Origin: an uncultured Gammaproteobacteria bacterium
GTDB lineage: Bacteria > Patescibacteriota > Patescibacteriia > Magasanikbacterales > GWA2-37-8
Length of the DNA: 64,000 nucleotides
Assembly: GCA_964533715.1 (NCBI GenBank)
Contig: CAZHNI010000004.1
Location: 13,741-77,740, forward strand
Direction of reading: 5' to 3'
The position numbers were made by a program, and so were the translations under genes. A model generated the notes under the pieces. It searched no databases, was not told the origin of the DNA, and saw only the letters and a list, made by a program, of their open reading frames with translations. Below, piece after piece: positions 7,127-17,290 of this stretch; the stretch's first letter is position 1, and the number at the start of each line of letters is the position of its first letter.

Positions 7127-7639
7127 ATGTCCGAAGCAGGTATTGATTGGGGCAAAATTAAAGCTGATTGGAAGCAGCTGGATTTTAGCGAATCAAGAGT
7201 GGAACGCATAATTACCTGTGGACACAGTAATGGCGACACCGATCTTAAAGGAATTGTTTTGGAAAAAAGCACTATTCAGGACATCACTTCTTCATTAGAT
7301 TCTATCGAGTGTTGGTCATTATTTGTTGATTTTCAAAGAAAATTGGATGAAATATTTCAGTATAGAGAAAAAGATAAAGAAGCTATACCATGTATTACTG
7401 AAGCTTTGGAGCATGGACAAAAATTGACGGCATTAATACATGGTATTTTGGACAGAAAACCATCACCGCCAGCATCTGTTAAATCATTCCTTTCTTTTTT
7501 AGGTACAATAATTACTCCTATATATGGGGCTCTTCAATTAAATAGTTTGTTTGGAGGGGATGATTATAATTTTATGTGGTTGAAAAATCAACTAGCTGAT
7601 TTGAGAGGTAATCTTATCAAGAGAGGAATTGTATTTTAA
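7127..7639 (+). CDS. hypothetical protein
   Basis: 170-aa AT-rich ORF between dnaK and dnaJ. Confidence 0.6.
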   Translation: MSEAGIDWGKIKADWKQLDFSESRVERIITCGHSNGDTDLKGIVLEKSTIQDITSSLDSIECWSLFVDFQRKLDEIFQYREKDKEAIPCITEALEHGQKLTALIHGILDRKPSPPASVKSFLSFLGTIITPIYGALQLNSLFGGDDYNFMWLKNQLADLRGNLIKRGIVF

Positions 7640-7646
7640 TTATTAT

Positions 7647-8078
7647 ATGAATGAAAGAGAAATAGGTAATCAGCTCCAGGCATTTAGAAGTGAAATTCAA
7701 TCTCACATTGAAAGACTCCGCGGCAAAGACGCAACGATTGTTTTAATTACTGATGTAAATGAACTCGATGAAGAAGATATGGAAAAATGGGATGTCCACA
7801 AAACAATTTTGCGTGGTATAAAGGATCTTGATATCGAAGCTGATCCAACGTATGTCCAGGAATATGTGGAACGACTTTTTATTTTGTCTAAAAGTTTATC
7901 TAAAAAAGTGAGTCAAGATCAAAAAAAATTAACCGCGGATTCCTCAAAATCTTGGTTTTTAAATTGGCTCAATAATCAAATTTGTTTCACTCATTTAGAA
8001 TCTGTTCATAAGAAACGTTCTACTGTCGTCAAGTTAAAAGAATTATTAAAAAATAAAATTGATGATTATCTTGTCTAG
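7647..8078 (+). CDS. hypothetical protein
   Basis: AT-rich ORF; ATG 7647 preferred. Confidence 0.6.
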   Translation: MNEREIGNQLQAFRSEIQSHIERLRGKDATIVLITDVNELDEEDMEKWDVHKTILRGIKDLDIEADPTYVQEYVERLFILSKSLSKKVSQDQKKLTADSSKSWFLNWLNNQICFTHLESVHKKRSTVVKLKELLKNKIDDYLV

Positions 8079-8096
8079 TATTTCAGCTAATACCGT

Positions 8097-9200
8097 ATGT
8101 CAAAGGATTATTATAAAATTTTAGGCGTGGAGAAAAACGCTTCGACCGATGAGATAAAAAAAGCGTTCAAAAAATTGGCCATGCAACACCACCCCGATAG
8201 GCCAGGTGGCAATGAAGCGAAGTTTAAGGAAGTAAATGAGGCTTACCAGGTTTTGAGCGACCAAAGCAAACGTCAAAAATACGACCAATTTGGGTCCGAT
8301 TTTGAACAACAAGGTGGTTTTGGCGGCGGTGCCGGGTGGGAAGATTTTATGCGTGCCGCCCGCGGCCAAGGTGGGGGCGGTTTTGAATTTAATTTTGGCG
8401 GTGGTGATTTTGGCGATATTTTTGGAGACCTGTTTGGCGGAGGCGGCAGAGGGCGCCCTCGGCAGGGTGGGCAAACGCGCGGGCGAGATATTCAAGTGGA
8501 TGTAGAATTAGATTTTAAAGAAGCGGCCTTTGGCGTGGAACGCGTAATAAACCTACGCAAACAAAGCAAATGTGACGTATGTAATGGTTCTGGTGGTGAA
8601 CCTGGCAGTAAAATGGATTCGTGCGGCGAATGTAAGGGGCAGGGTCAAGTTGTACAAGTTCAACGTACTTTTTTAGGAGCTATGCAAACGGTTGTTACAT
8701 GTGCAACTTGCCATGGCCGCGGCCAAACACACAGTAAAAAATGCAAACATTGTAGTGGTCACGGAGTACTTGCGAAATCAACCACCAACAAAGTTAAAAT
8801 TCCGGCCGGTATCGATAATGGACAATCCATACGCGTCTCTGGGCACGGTGAGGCGGCCCCCCACGGCGGACAGAGTGGCGATTTGTATGTACAGGTTCAT
8901 GTAAAACCTTCCCAACAATTCGAGCGTGACGGATCTGATGTCTACACCACTGCGGAAATTAATTTTCCACAAGCCGTGCTTGGTGACCATATTGGGGTGG
9001 AGACAATTGATGGCACAGTAAAAGTAGTGGTTCCCGAAGGTACTGAATCCGGTCAGTTAATACGCCTACGCGGTAAAGGCATTCAACACCTTTCGGGCAG
9101 TGGTAGGGGAGACCATTACGTACGCGTTAAAATAAATGTCCCGCGTAAAGTTAATAAAAATGCTAAGAAACTTCTGGAAGATTTAAAAAAAGAGTTATAA
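8097..9200 (+). CDS. dnaJ: molecular chaperone DnaJ
   Basis: J domain with HPD, G/F-rich linker, four CxxCxGxG repeats. Confidence 0.99.
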   Translation: MSKDYYKILGVEKNASTDEIKKAFKKLAMQHHPDRPGGNEAKFKEVNEAYQVLSDQSKRQKYDQFGSDFEQQGGFGGGAGWEDFMRAARGQGGGGFEFNFGGGDFGDIFGDLFGGGGRGRPRQGGQTRGRDIQVDVELDFKEAAFGVERVINLRKQSKCDVCNGSGGEPGSKMDSCGECKGQGQVVQVQRTFLGAMQTVVTCATCHGRGQTHSKKCKHCSGHGVLAKSTTNKVKIPAGIDNGQSIRVSGHGEAAPHGGQSGDLYVQVHVKPSQQFERDGSDVYTTAEINFPQAVLGDHIGVETIDGTVKVVVPEGTESGQLIRLRGKGIQHLSGSGRGDHYVRVKINVPRKVNKNAKKLLEDLKKEL

Positions 9201-9209
9201 AGTAACTGT

Positions 9210-9233
9210 ACACCTCCTACCAGGAGGTGTTTT
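9210..9233 (+). terminator. intrinsic terminator after dnaJ
   Basis: acacctcct-acc-aggaggtgt followed by T-run. Confidence 0.8.
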
Positions 9234-9301
9234 GATAAAAATTGCTTAGTGCGTTATACTAGAGACTGTACAATGAGCATGTTTTATTTTTATATTTCAA
9301 T

Positions 9302-10414
9302 ATGAAAAAGTCTAATGGAGGGCCAAAAATAGTAATAGCGGTGTGTTTGGTTATACTTATCACGCTTACAATTGTAGCCATGGTGGTTGCCTCAACTCAA
9401 AAAACTTCAGCCAAGTCTGTACTCGATTTAACGCTTAGTAGTTTAAAGCAACAACCAACCATACAAGTAAATGGTATATTAACGGTATTTGATGCGGCTA
9501 AAAAGCCTTTTATTCCCGCGGTATATTTTTCTGTTTCCACGTCTCCGGAAAAAGCCACTGCTCTATGGAAGCTTATTCCACAAAATAATCGTCCAGAAAA
9601 AATTAAGCTCAGTGGCCTTGAAGCTTTGCGTTGGAAAAATACTCTTTCGCTGAATAATTTAAATAGTATTCTCGCCACGTTGTGGCCGCTCTATAAAGGC
9701 AGCAGCTCAACTCCCGAACAAATTGCTTTTTTTAAACCGCCGCTCAAAAAATTAACCGGTATATATGTCCAGCCAGTCATTGGCAAAACAGATTATTTGC
9801 CGCGTCAAATTACACTCGGTTGGTTTGCTTTGCAGGGCAAAAAAACCTATTCAGTTAGAATTGCCTTGCAATTAAGCGGTTTTATTTCACCTCAAAAAAT
9901 AGCCCCAGACAAAAACGCCCAAACGGTAGTAAAATCAGTTACATCTTCACAAGAGCAAACCAGCCAACAAGATAATTTTTTAGCTCAAAACCAACCGGTC
10001 AATTCTCCATCTGCTCCAGGCAGAGCAGTTGATGTATTTGGAAATGGTGGAGTACAATCTAAAATGGTAGACAATCTGGGTGTGTCTGCAGGCCGAGACG
10101 CGCAGCGCCTTAACGATCTCAAAGCGTTGCAAACCGCGCTTGAGTTATATTTTTCTGACCAAGGAGCGTATCCGTCTGGCGTTGGTATTGCGCTTGGGGT
10201 ATCTGGCCACGATTGTTTAAATAGCGATGGTTGGGCTTCGAGTGCCGATTGCCCGTATCCGTATATGATGCGCGTGCCTAAAGACCCAGGGTCGGCTACG
10301 TATGTGTATACACAAACCAATTTATCTTATTATATTGATGCTCAATTGGAAGGCTCACAGAATAGTCTCAGTGAGTCAATTAGGCTAACTCCAGCAGGAA
10401 TTGCAAATCGATAG
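9302..10414 (+). CDS. membrane-anchored protein with C-terminal T2SS-G/pilin-like domain
   Basis: N-terminal TM; RDAQRLNDLKALQTALELYFSDQGAYP...VPKDP. Confidence 0.7.
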   Translation: MKKSNGGPKIVIAVCLVILITLTIVAMVVASTQKTSAKSVLDLTLSSLKQQPTIQVNGILTVFDAAKKPFIPAVYFSVSTSPEKATALWKLIPQNNRPEKIKLSGLEALRWKNTLSLNNLNSILATLWPLYKGSSSTPEQIAFFKPPLKKLTGIYVQPVIGKTDYLPRQITLGWFALQGKKTYSVRIALQLSGFISPQKIAPDKNAQTVVKSVTSSQEQTSQQDNFLAQNQPVNSPSAPGRAVDVFGNGGVQSKMVDNLGVSAGRDAQRLNDLKALQTALELYFSDQGAYPSGVGIALGVSGHDCLNSDGWASSADCPYPYMMRVPKDPGSATYVYTQTNLSYYIDAQLEGSQNSLSESIRLTPAGIANR

Positions 10415-10419
10415 CTTGT

Positions 10420-10938
10420 ATGGTAAAAAACGGCAAGAGCGAATTTGAAAAATTTTATAATACCCATTTAGACAAAGTGTATCGCTTTGTTTTTTTTCGT
10501 AGTGGGGCAAATAAAGAATTGACCGAAGATTTGGTATCTGAAATTTTTATGAAAGCTTTGGAACACTTTGATAGCTACGACGAAACACTCAGTCAGAGTG
10601 CTTGGGTTATGACAATTGCCCGTAACCATCTTATTAACTATTGGCGAGACAATAAAAAAACCTATAGTTTGCCGGAGAGCCAGGAGCTTGAGGATGGGGA
10701 CTCGACAGTAGATGCATTTTGGCTAAAATCAGCTAAACATTTTTTTGATAAAGAGCAAAATAGGCGCGAAGTATATGAAGCTTTAGCCAAATTATCGCCC
10801 GAAGATGCTGAAATTGTAACCTTTCACTACCTTTTGGGGTATAGTTACTCAGAAATAGCCGCAATTAAACACACCTCGGAAGGAGCAATTAAAGTTGCTG
10901 CCCACCGGGCAATAAAAAAATTACGCATTGTTGTATGA
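10420..10938 (+). CDS. ECF-type RNA polymerase sigma factor
   Basis: EDLVSEIFMKA, AWVMTIARNHLINYWR, GYSYSEIA...EGAIKVAAHRAIKKL. Confidence 0.92.
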   Translation: MVKNGKSEFEKFYNTHLDKVYRFVFFRSGANKELTEDLVSEIFMKALEHFDSYDETLSQSAWVMTIARNHLINYWRDNKKTYSLPESQELEDGDSTVDAFWLKSAKHFFDKEQNRREVYEALAKLSPEDAEIVTFHYLLGYSYSEIAAIKHTSEGAIKVAAHRAIKKLRIVV

Positions 10939-11816
10939 AATGGTTTCGCTACAACGCATGGAAAATCAAAAAGGATGTGAAACCAACAGCCAGGTTTCGA
11001 GCTGCACTTTCTAAAAAATTGTCAGCCGCGTGGCTGAATTCCTACCCCCGCCTTTCATGGTATAAGGTACATATTACCCAAATCATTAGTGCTAGTATTG
11101 CCGGAATAGTGCTCGCGGGGAGTGTTGGTACAGGCGCCTATGCTTATACTAGCCCGGATGTTACTGAAGGTCACCCACTTTACCCGCTGAAACAAACCAT
11201 AGAAAAAGTTGAAGAAAAAACACAAAGTTCGCCAGAAGCTAAGGCTCAATTTTATCTTAAACAATTAGCCAGGCGTGAAGCTGAAAAAAAGGTGCTCGAG
11301 CGAAAACAAAAACAAACGCAAAAATTGGAAGATCAGATGGATCGCGTTGAGAATAAATTAGAGACGGTTGAGCGACAAATAAATACCAGTACACTCGTTA
11401 CGAACACGGCCCTCCGAATCAAGATATACAACGCATTTCAAGAGCATCGCGAACGGCTGGAAAATAGAAAAAATATTTTAGCCAATCGTCTTCAAGAAAA
11501 AGATGGTGTTAAAGATACGACAAGCACAGAACCAAGCGACTTTGAAAATTTTTCAGATACTATTAAGATAGTACCAAATTATCAAGCCACAACAACGCAA
11601 GTCGAAGGGCAGCGCAAATATTTTTTCGACGCTCAAAAAAAACGGTTTGAACAAATTAACCAGCGCATTAAACGTATTAATGAAAAGCTCGACCGTTTAG
11701 AAAACGTTTCTTCTTCTGCTCAAGAAGAACCGAGTGGTGACCAGGAACTAAAGCGTGCCAAATCCGATAATGTAAAAATTGAACGCCAGGAACTAAAAGA
11801 CGAGAACCAAGAGTAA
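10935..11816 (+). CDS. putative anti-sigma factor, DUF5667-like
   Basis: overlaps the sigma stop; single TM then GHPLYPLKQTIEKV and coiled coil. Confidence 0.65.
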   Translation: MKWFRYNAWKIKKDVKPTARFRAALSKKLSAAWLNSYPRLSWYKVHITQIISASIAGIVLAGSVGTGAYAYTSPDVTEGHPLYPLKQTIEKVEEKTQSSPEAKAQFYLKQLARREAEKKVLERKQKQTQKLEDQMDRVENKLETVERQINTSTLVTNTALRIKIYNAFQEHRERLENRKNILANRLQEKDGVKDTTSTEPSDFENFSDTIKIVPNYQATTTQVEGQRKYFFDAQKKRFEQINQRIKRINEKLDRLENVSSSAQEEPSGDQELKRAKSDNVKIERQELKDENQE

Positions 11817-11888
11817 CAAGATTAAATAGCACGATTTCGTATCGTCGAAACGAAATTATTAATTAATTTTTAAAAAAATGTATATTAT

Positions 11889-12812
11889 ATGAAAAAAATA
11901 TTTGCCACACTAACTATTTTAACTCTTGCTTTGGTGCAAACGGCCCCAGCGTTTGCCTCAGAAGCAACCAGCACATTGTCTACCGTTAAACGCGGAGAAG
12001 CAGTACGCGAATTACGTAAAGATATTAATGAACAGCGTAAAGAATTACAAGATAAGTTTAAAGATGAGCGCAAGACCGCCGAAAATAAGCTAAAGGAAGA
12101 AAAAAAAGATTTACAGAACAAGTTTAAAGATGAATTACAAAAGTTAAATGATTCCTTTAAACAAAAACGTGATGAATTGAGGAAAAAATTGTTTCGTCGG
12201 CAAGTAAATATTCGCGGAGAATTAACTACAATAAGCGGGGCTACTTTGCCAGCCACGCTAACGGTAAAAGTTAGTTCTATTTCACCAGATTTTCATGAGC
12301 AGTGGGCTACGGTTTCAAGTTCAACATTTCCAACTAAAGATTCAGTAGTTACAGTTAAAATCGACAATAAAGCAAGGTCAGTGCGCCGTTTTTGGGGCAA
12401 GAGTTCGCTAGATGAGTTTACCGCCGGCGACGCAATCCACGTGGTAGGCCGTTTAAACGCCGATGGCACCATCTCGGCATCGGTTGTACAAGATAATTCA
12501 ATTCAGGCGACTCACGCAGTGCGTGTCGGAACAATTGCTTCTCTGGATACCGCCGCCAAATCATTCACTTTAAATGCTGCTGGTTCATCGACATTAGCAT
12601 TCATCGTTAAAACCAGTAGTGCTACTCAGTTTAAGATTCCTGGATTAACCACCAGCACATTTTCCAACCTAAATGTAGGCGATAAAGTATGGGTTCGCGG
12701 TGTTGTAAACACGCGCACCAAAGTAATTAATGCCAGTGTTGTTAAGGTAATGAAGTCATTAGTCACTCCAACGTCACCAACGTCACCAACCTCAACTGCT
12801 TCATCGATCTAA
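11889..12812 (+). CDS. secreted protein, coiled coil plus DUF5666-like OB repeats
   Basis: signal peptide; repeated ...GDAIHVVG / VGDKVWVRG motifs; Ser/Thr/Pro tail. Confidence 0.65.
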   Translation: MKKIFATLTILTLALVQTAPAFASEATSTLSTVKRGEAVRELRKDINEQRKELQDKFKDERKTAENKLKEEKKDLQNKFKDELQKLNDSFKQKRDELRKKLFRRQVNIRGELTTISGATLPATLTVKVSSISPDFHEQWATVSSSTFPTKDSVVTVKIDNKARSVRRFWGKSSLDEFTAGDAIHVVGRLNADGTISASVVQDNSIQATHAVRVGTIASLDTAAKSFTLNAAGSSTLAFIVKTSSATQFKIPGLTTSTFSNLNVGDKVWVRGVVNTRTKVINASVVKVMKSLVTPTSPTSPTSTASSI

Positions 12813-12822
12813 ATAGTATCAC

Positions 12823-12851
12823 AAAAACAGACCCCAGAAGGGCCTGTTTTT
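12823..12851. terminator. bidirectional terminator
   Basis: aaaaacagacccc-agaa-gggcctgttttt between convergent genes. Confidence 0.7.
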
Positions 12852-13255
12852 TATTTCATTTTTTCATCCAGAACTTTATTTACCTCAGCGTCGGCTTCTT
12901 TATTCCCTGCTCGCAAAGTGTGCCGATATGTTACCTTTTTAAATTGGGCGGCTACATTGTATACTTGGATAAACAATTTTTGAAGTGTTGGTTCTTTAAC
13001 TTTATATTCTCGGCGCATCTGTTTTACAACAAGCTCGCTATCAAGCACACAATCTACCTCGGTAGCGCCAAGTTCTTTGGCTTTTTTAAGAGCCGAAAGG
13101 AGCGCAGAGTATTCGGCAAAGTTATTAGTTTGGTTACCAAGGTATTCTCCATAATGAGATAAAATTTCACCGGCCTCATTTTTGATAACAATGCCCGTCG
13201 CGGCCGGTCCAGGGTTACCGCGCGACCCGCCATCGGTGTGAGTAATTAACTTCAT
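12851..13255 (-). CDS. rnhA: ribonuclease HI (archaeal/Gram-positive-like)
   Basis: TDGGSRGNPGPA, TNNFAEY, DSELVVKQ, NKEAD. Confidence 0.92.
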   Translation of the reverse strand: MKLITHTDGGSRGNPGPAATGIVIKNEAGEILSHYGEYLGNQTNNFAEYSALLSALKKAKELGATEVDCVLDSELVVKQMRREYKVKEPTLQKLFIQVYNVAAQFKKVTYRHTLRAGNKEADAEVNKVLDEKMK

Positions 13256-13259
13256 AAGA

Positions 13260-14591
13260 TTAATAGTTTAGTTTCCATAGTCCATGTGTATCTTGCAAAT
13301 AAAGCACTCGATTTGTTGTGTCGGCAGTTACATTTGTTATTCCAGATAGAGCAAATTCATCTTGTATAAGATAATTAGGAAACAGAATTGATAACCGACC
13401 ATCTCGGACGAGCGCCAGAGTATCATATTCATCAAGCGGAGTAACTGAGGATATTGACCCACCAAATCGATTAACTAATTTTGGGTCAGCTCCTTCCTGG
13501 TAATTCCACAACTCGGATGGTGTAGAAATAAACCAAGTATTAGTGAAAGCGGAACGTACTATAGAGCCATGCGGAAACATGAATTGAGTGCCTGGAGTAA
13601 GAAGAGCTGTATCATTAGTGATTTTATTTTTTAGAAAAATACTTTGTCCGGTGGCATAGATAAAACGCCACTGTGCAGAATTGTCCTGGAGAGTTATTTG
13701 TGGCCAACGATTTTTAAAACCAAGGGCATCTTTAGTTATATAAAGAGTAGTAGTTGTTTCCGGATCGAGAGTCCAAAGTTCACTCCCCTCCATAAACCAA
13801 CTTAATAGAGCCTGGGAATTAATAGTTATTTTTTGTTCAGTGCGTGGTAAAAAGCTGTACAGACCATTTGCGGTGCTATAGTAAAGTTCCGGTTCGGCGC
13901 TATTACGCCACTGCCAGTTGGTGATTTCAGTAGTATCTGGCGTAATAATTTTAAATTGTCGGTCAAAATGTTCAGCATCAAAAATTATTAAGTATGTGTA
14001 CGGTTCATTTGTTCCGCTCACCGCCACGTAATTAAATTTTGTTGACCAATGTAGTAATATATCTTGTGTTCCAGGTAAACGTGCCAGCTCACTAATTTTT
14101 TTGGTTGGCACGTTATAAAGCCAAAGGATAGTTGTGGTGGTATTTTTTTGAGGAAATATTACAAATTTACCGTCGAATGATATTTCAGGCTTCTCGAAAG
14201 TTCCAGACGCTATGAGTTCGGGTTTGGTATCGCGAATCAGGTGAAGATTATTTATATATAAAGTTTTACCGTTTTCAATGATAATTTCTTTTTCCCAACT
14301 ATGGTACCCAGGAGCGGTGAGACGCAGCTGATATTTTTGTGGCGAAATATTTGAGAGACGAATGGGAATAGTTTTGTCAAGAAGTAAGTTATTAAGGTAC
14401 GCGTTGGTTTGTTTGGGAACCACGTCTATACTGATGCTGCCAGTTTCTCGCCAAAAACCGTTGCGCGCATCATAACGAAATCCGGCAGTATAGAAAAGTA
14501 CCAAAGGCAGCGAAACACAAAAAATAATTAAAAAAATTATAAAAGTAAGCAGGCGCCAACGGTGTGTAAATATTGATCCTGGATATTCCAT
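13260..14591 (-). CDS. PEGA-domain membrane protein with probable beta-propeller
   Basis: N-terminal TM, TGSISIDVVP...YQLRLTAPGYHSWEK. Confidence 0.7.
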   Translation of the reverse strand: MEYPGSIFTHRWRLLTFIIFLIIFCVSLPLVLFYTAGFRYDARNGFWRETGSISIDVVPKQTNAYLNNLLLDKTIPIRLSNISPQKYQLRLTAPGYHSWEKEIIIENGKTLYINNLHLIRDTKPELIASGTFEKPEISFDGKFVIFPQKNTTTTILWLYNVPTKKISELARLPGTQDILLHWSTKFNYVAVSGTNEPYTYLIIFDAEHFDRQFKIITPDTTEITNWQWRNSAEPELYYSTANGLYSFLPRTEQKITINSQALLSWFMEGSELWTLDPETTTTLYITKDALGFKNRWPQITLQDNSAQWRFIYATGQSIFLKNKITNDTALLTPGTQFMFPHGSIVRSAFTNTWFISTPSELWNYQEGADPKLVNRFGGSISSVTPLDEYDTLALVRDGRLSILFPNYLIQDEFALSGITNVTADTTNRVLYLQDTHGLWKLNY

Positions 14592-14674
14592 GGAAAAAGC
14601 ACTAAAAGTTGCTAAAATATACTCTGTACGGTATACTTAATAATACGCGAAAAATAACTATCAGTCAAAGCTAT

Positions 14675-15982
14675 ATGTCATATTTAACAATCAAAGGCGG
14701 GGGAAAATTACATGGTACAATTGAAAATCAAACTTCTAAAAATGCCGCTGAAGCAATTATTTGTGCAAGTGTGATGATTGGGGGCAAGACCACGCTTCGC
14801 GATGTCCCCAAGATCGAAAGCGTCAATCGTATTTTGGAACTTCTTGCAAGTATTGGCGTTCATATTGAGTGGACAAACGACGCGCGGTTAATACTGGACT
14901 CATCAGGGCCACTCGCGCTACAGTCTATGGACCGCCACGCCGCGGAAGTCGCTCGGACCTCGCTCCTACTCATGGGGGCCCTATCGTCTCGAACTAAACA
15001 ATATAAATTATATCGCTCTGGTGGTTGCCATTTGGGAGAGCGAACCGTAAGGCCTCATTTGTTCGCACTCAAAAAATTAGGTGTTCATGTTACCACACAT
15101 GACGGTTATTATAATATTAAAAATGATGCAGAACGGCGCGGCACCAAAGTAGTAATGTATGAATCTGGCGATACTACAACCGAAAATGCCATCATGGCGG
15201 CGGTATTAGCCAAAGGAACTACCATTATCAAAATGGCTTCGGCCAACTACATGGTGCAAGATTTGTGTTACTTTTTGGTGTCGGCTGGAGCGGATATTTC
15301 AGGAATTGGAACTACTACGCTTGTCATCAATGGCGTTAAAAAATTACACTCAGTAGACAATTATCCGGTTATGCCAGACCCGATTGCGGCCATGACTTTT
15401 GTTGCCGCCGCCATTGTTACCGGTTCCACGCTTACAGTGACAAATTGTCCGTTGGAATTTTTAGAATTAGAATTAGAAAAACTTTTGGTGATGGGCCAGA
15501 AGTTTGAAATTAAAAATCAACGCCAATCCAAAAATGGTTTTTTCGATATTGTAGATATCAAAATAATGCCAAGCCTGCTCAAGGCTTTGCCCGATAAAGT
15601 ATATGGCCGTCCGTTCCCTGGTTTAAATATTGATAATCTGCCATTTTTTATTCCTATTCTCACGCAGGCTACAGGCCGCTCGCTCGTGCATGATTGGGCT
15701 TATGAAAACCGTGCGGTGTATGCGTTAGAACTGCAAAAATTGGGCGCCGCTATCACATTGCTCGACCCGCACCGTTTGTGGGTTGAAGGGCCAACTATTT
15801 TTACTTCCAACGAAATTATTTGTCCACCAGCACTCCGACCAGCCGTTAATATTCTACTCTGTATGTTAGCCGCAAAAGGTACATCAGTTTTACGAAATAC
15901 CTACATAATAGATCGTGGCTATGAAAATTTATATGCTGTTTTAAACAAAGCCGGTGCGGACATCACAGTCCACAAGGAATAA
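14675..15982 (+). CDS. murA: UDP-N-acetylglucosamine 1-carboxyvinyltransferase
   Basis: SKNA, GGCHLGERTVRPH (catalytic Cys), PFPGLNID, YENR, IDRGYE; ATG 14675 preferred. Confidence 0.9.
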   Translation: MSYLTIKGGGKLHGTIENQTSKNAAEAIICASVMIGGKTTLRDVPKIESVNRILELLASIGVHIEWTNDARLILDSSGPLALQSMDRHAAEVARTSLLLMGALSSRTKQYKLYRSGGCHLGERTVRPHLFALKKLGVHVTTHDGYYNIKNDAERRGTKVVMYESGDTTTENAIMAAVLAKGTTIIKMASANYMVQDLCYFLVSAGADISGIGTTTLVINGVKKLHSVDNYPVMPDPIAAMTFVAAAIVTGSTLTVTNCPLEFLELELEKLLVMGQKFEIKNQRQSKNGFFDIVDIKIMPSLLKALPDKVYGRPFPGLNIDNLPFFIPILTQATGRSLVHDWAYENRAVYALELQKLGAAITLLDPHRLWVEGPTIFTSNEIICPPALRPAVNILLCMLAAKGTSVLRNTYIIDRGYENLYAVLNKAGADITVHKE

Positions 15983-15994
15983 CTTCGTTATATT

Positions 15995-17266
15995 ATGGAT
16001 TCATCTTCATCTAACGGGCAACAAGTTGATAGCCGAGTTCGTTTTCACACATGGGTAATTTTTGTAGTGTTAGCGTTTGGTGTAGGTATTTTCGTTGGCC
16101 GAAAACAAATCGCAGGTTCGTCCCCATTGTCCGCTTCCAGTACCAGTGGAATAATTAATGTAGTTAACCAAGATCGTCTTGAGTCGCACGCCAAAAGTGT
16201 GGAGTTTAATCAATTTTGGCAAATTTGGGATCGTATTGAAAAAAAATTTGTTCACCAACCGGTTAAAGAGTCAGATATTTTTTATGGAGCCTTACAAGGC
16301 ATGGTAGCCGGTCTTGGTGATCCGTATTCAACATTTTTTCCTCCTAAAGCCGCCAGCGAATTTATAAAAAGTTTGTCTGGAGAGTTTAGCGGCATTGGTG
16401 CCGAAATTGGAATTAAAAATGGCGACTTAGTTGTAGTTGCCCCTCTGCCCAGTTCACCAGCCGAGCAAGCCGGGCTACGACCCGGGGACAAGATTGTGGC
16501 AATTGACGCGCTCCCGACGGCGGGGATGGATGTTAATACGGCGGTGATGCACATTCGTGGGCCGGCTGGGACTACCACCACTCTTTTTATTGCCCGTGAT
16601 GGTGTAAGTAAAGGCAAAGAATATATTATCAAACGGGCCAACATTAACGTACCGGCTATAATTATGAAAATACTGCCGGGGAATGTTGCTCATATTCGTA
16701 TTATGCAATTTAACGATCGTACCATGCCAGAGTTTTTAAATTCAATTAATGAAATAAAAAGAAAGCCTGTTGCCGGATTAATTATTGACTTGCGCAACAA
16801 TCCGGGTGGGCTCTTAGACAGCGCTGTTAGCATGGCCAGTCAATGGATAGAAAATGGGATTATAGTAAAAGAAAAACTATTCGATGGGAGCGAGCGTGTT
16901 CACGAAACAGAAGGCGATCATCCGCTCACCAAATACAAAACTGTTGTACTCATCAACGGCGGCTCAGCCTCAGCTTCAGAAATTGTAGCGGGGGCTCTTC
17001 ACGATCATAATAAAGCAACAATTATTGGTGAAAAATCATTTGGTAAAGGGTCGGTGCAAGATTTAGAAGAATTTTCGGACGGTTCTTCGCTCAAGCTCAC
17101 TATTGCCGAGTGGTTTACTCCTAACGGTGTTAATATTAATCAAAAGGGCATTGTGCCGGATATTGAAGTTAAAGAGGACTTTGAGAAAGAAAAAATTGGC
17201 GAAGATGTTATGATTAAAAAAGCCCTCGAATTATTAATTGGGGCTTCGACAACGGCCTCACTCTAA
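15995..17266 (+). CDS. ctpA: S41 carboxyl-terminal processing protease with PDZ domain
   Basis: GEFSGIGAEI, DLRNNPGG, SASASEI, SFGKGSVQ. Confidence 0.95.
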   Translation: MDSSSSNGQQVDSRVRFHTWVIFVVLAFGVGIFVGRKQIAGSSPLSASSTSGIINVVNQDRLESHAKSVEFNQFWQIWDRIEKKFVHQPVKESDIFYGALQGMVAGLGDPYSTFFPPKAASEFIKSLSGEFSGIGAEIGIKNGDLVVVAPLPSSPAEQAGLRPGDKIVAIDALPTAGMDVNTAVMHIRGPAGTTTTLFIARDGVSKGKEYIIKRANINVPAIIMKILPGNVAHIRIMQFNDRTMPEFLNSINEIKRKPVAGLIIDLRNNPGGLLDSAVSMASQWIENGIIVKEKLFDGSERVHETEGDHPLTKYKTVVLINGGSASASEIVAGALHDHNKATIIGEKSFGKGSVQDLEEFSDGSSLKLTIAEWFTPNGVNINQKGIVPDIEVKEDFEKEKIGEDVMIKKALELLIGASTTASL

Positions 17267-17290
17267 AGAAGTTATAAAAATATACTAAGG

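Noticed and set aside
11813-11842. ECF promoter GTAAC...CGTA upstream of 11889
   Set aside because: The spacing (~20 nt) is too long for typical ECF promoters.
12768-12794. 9-bp tandem repeat ccaacgtca x3
   Set aside because: In-phase low-complexity PTS tail of a secreted protein; ordinary.
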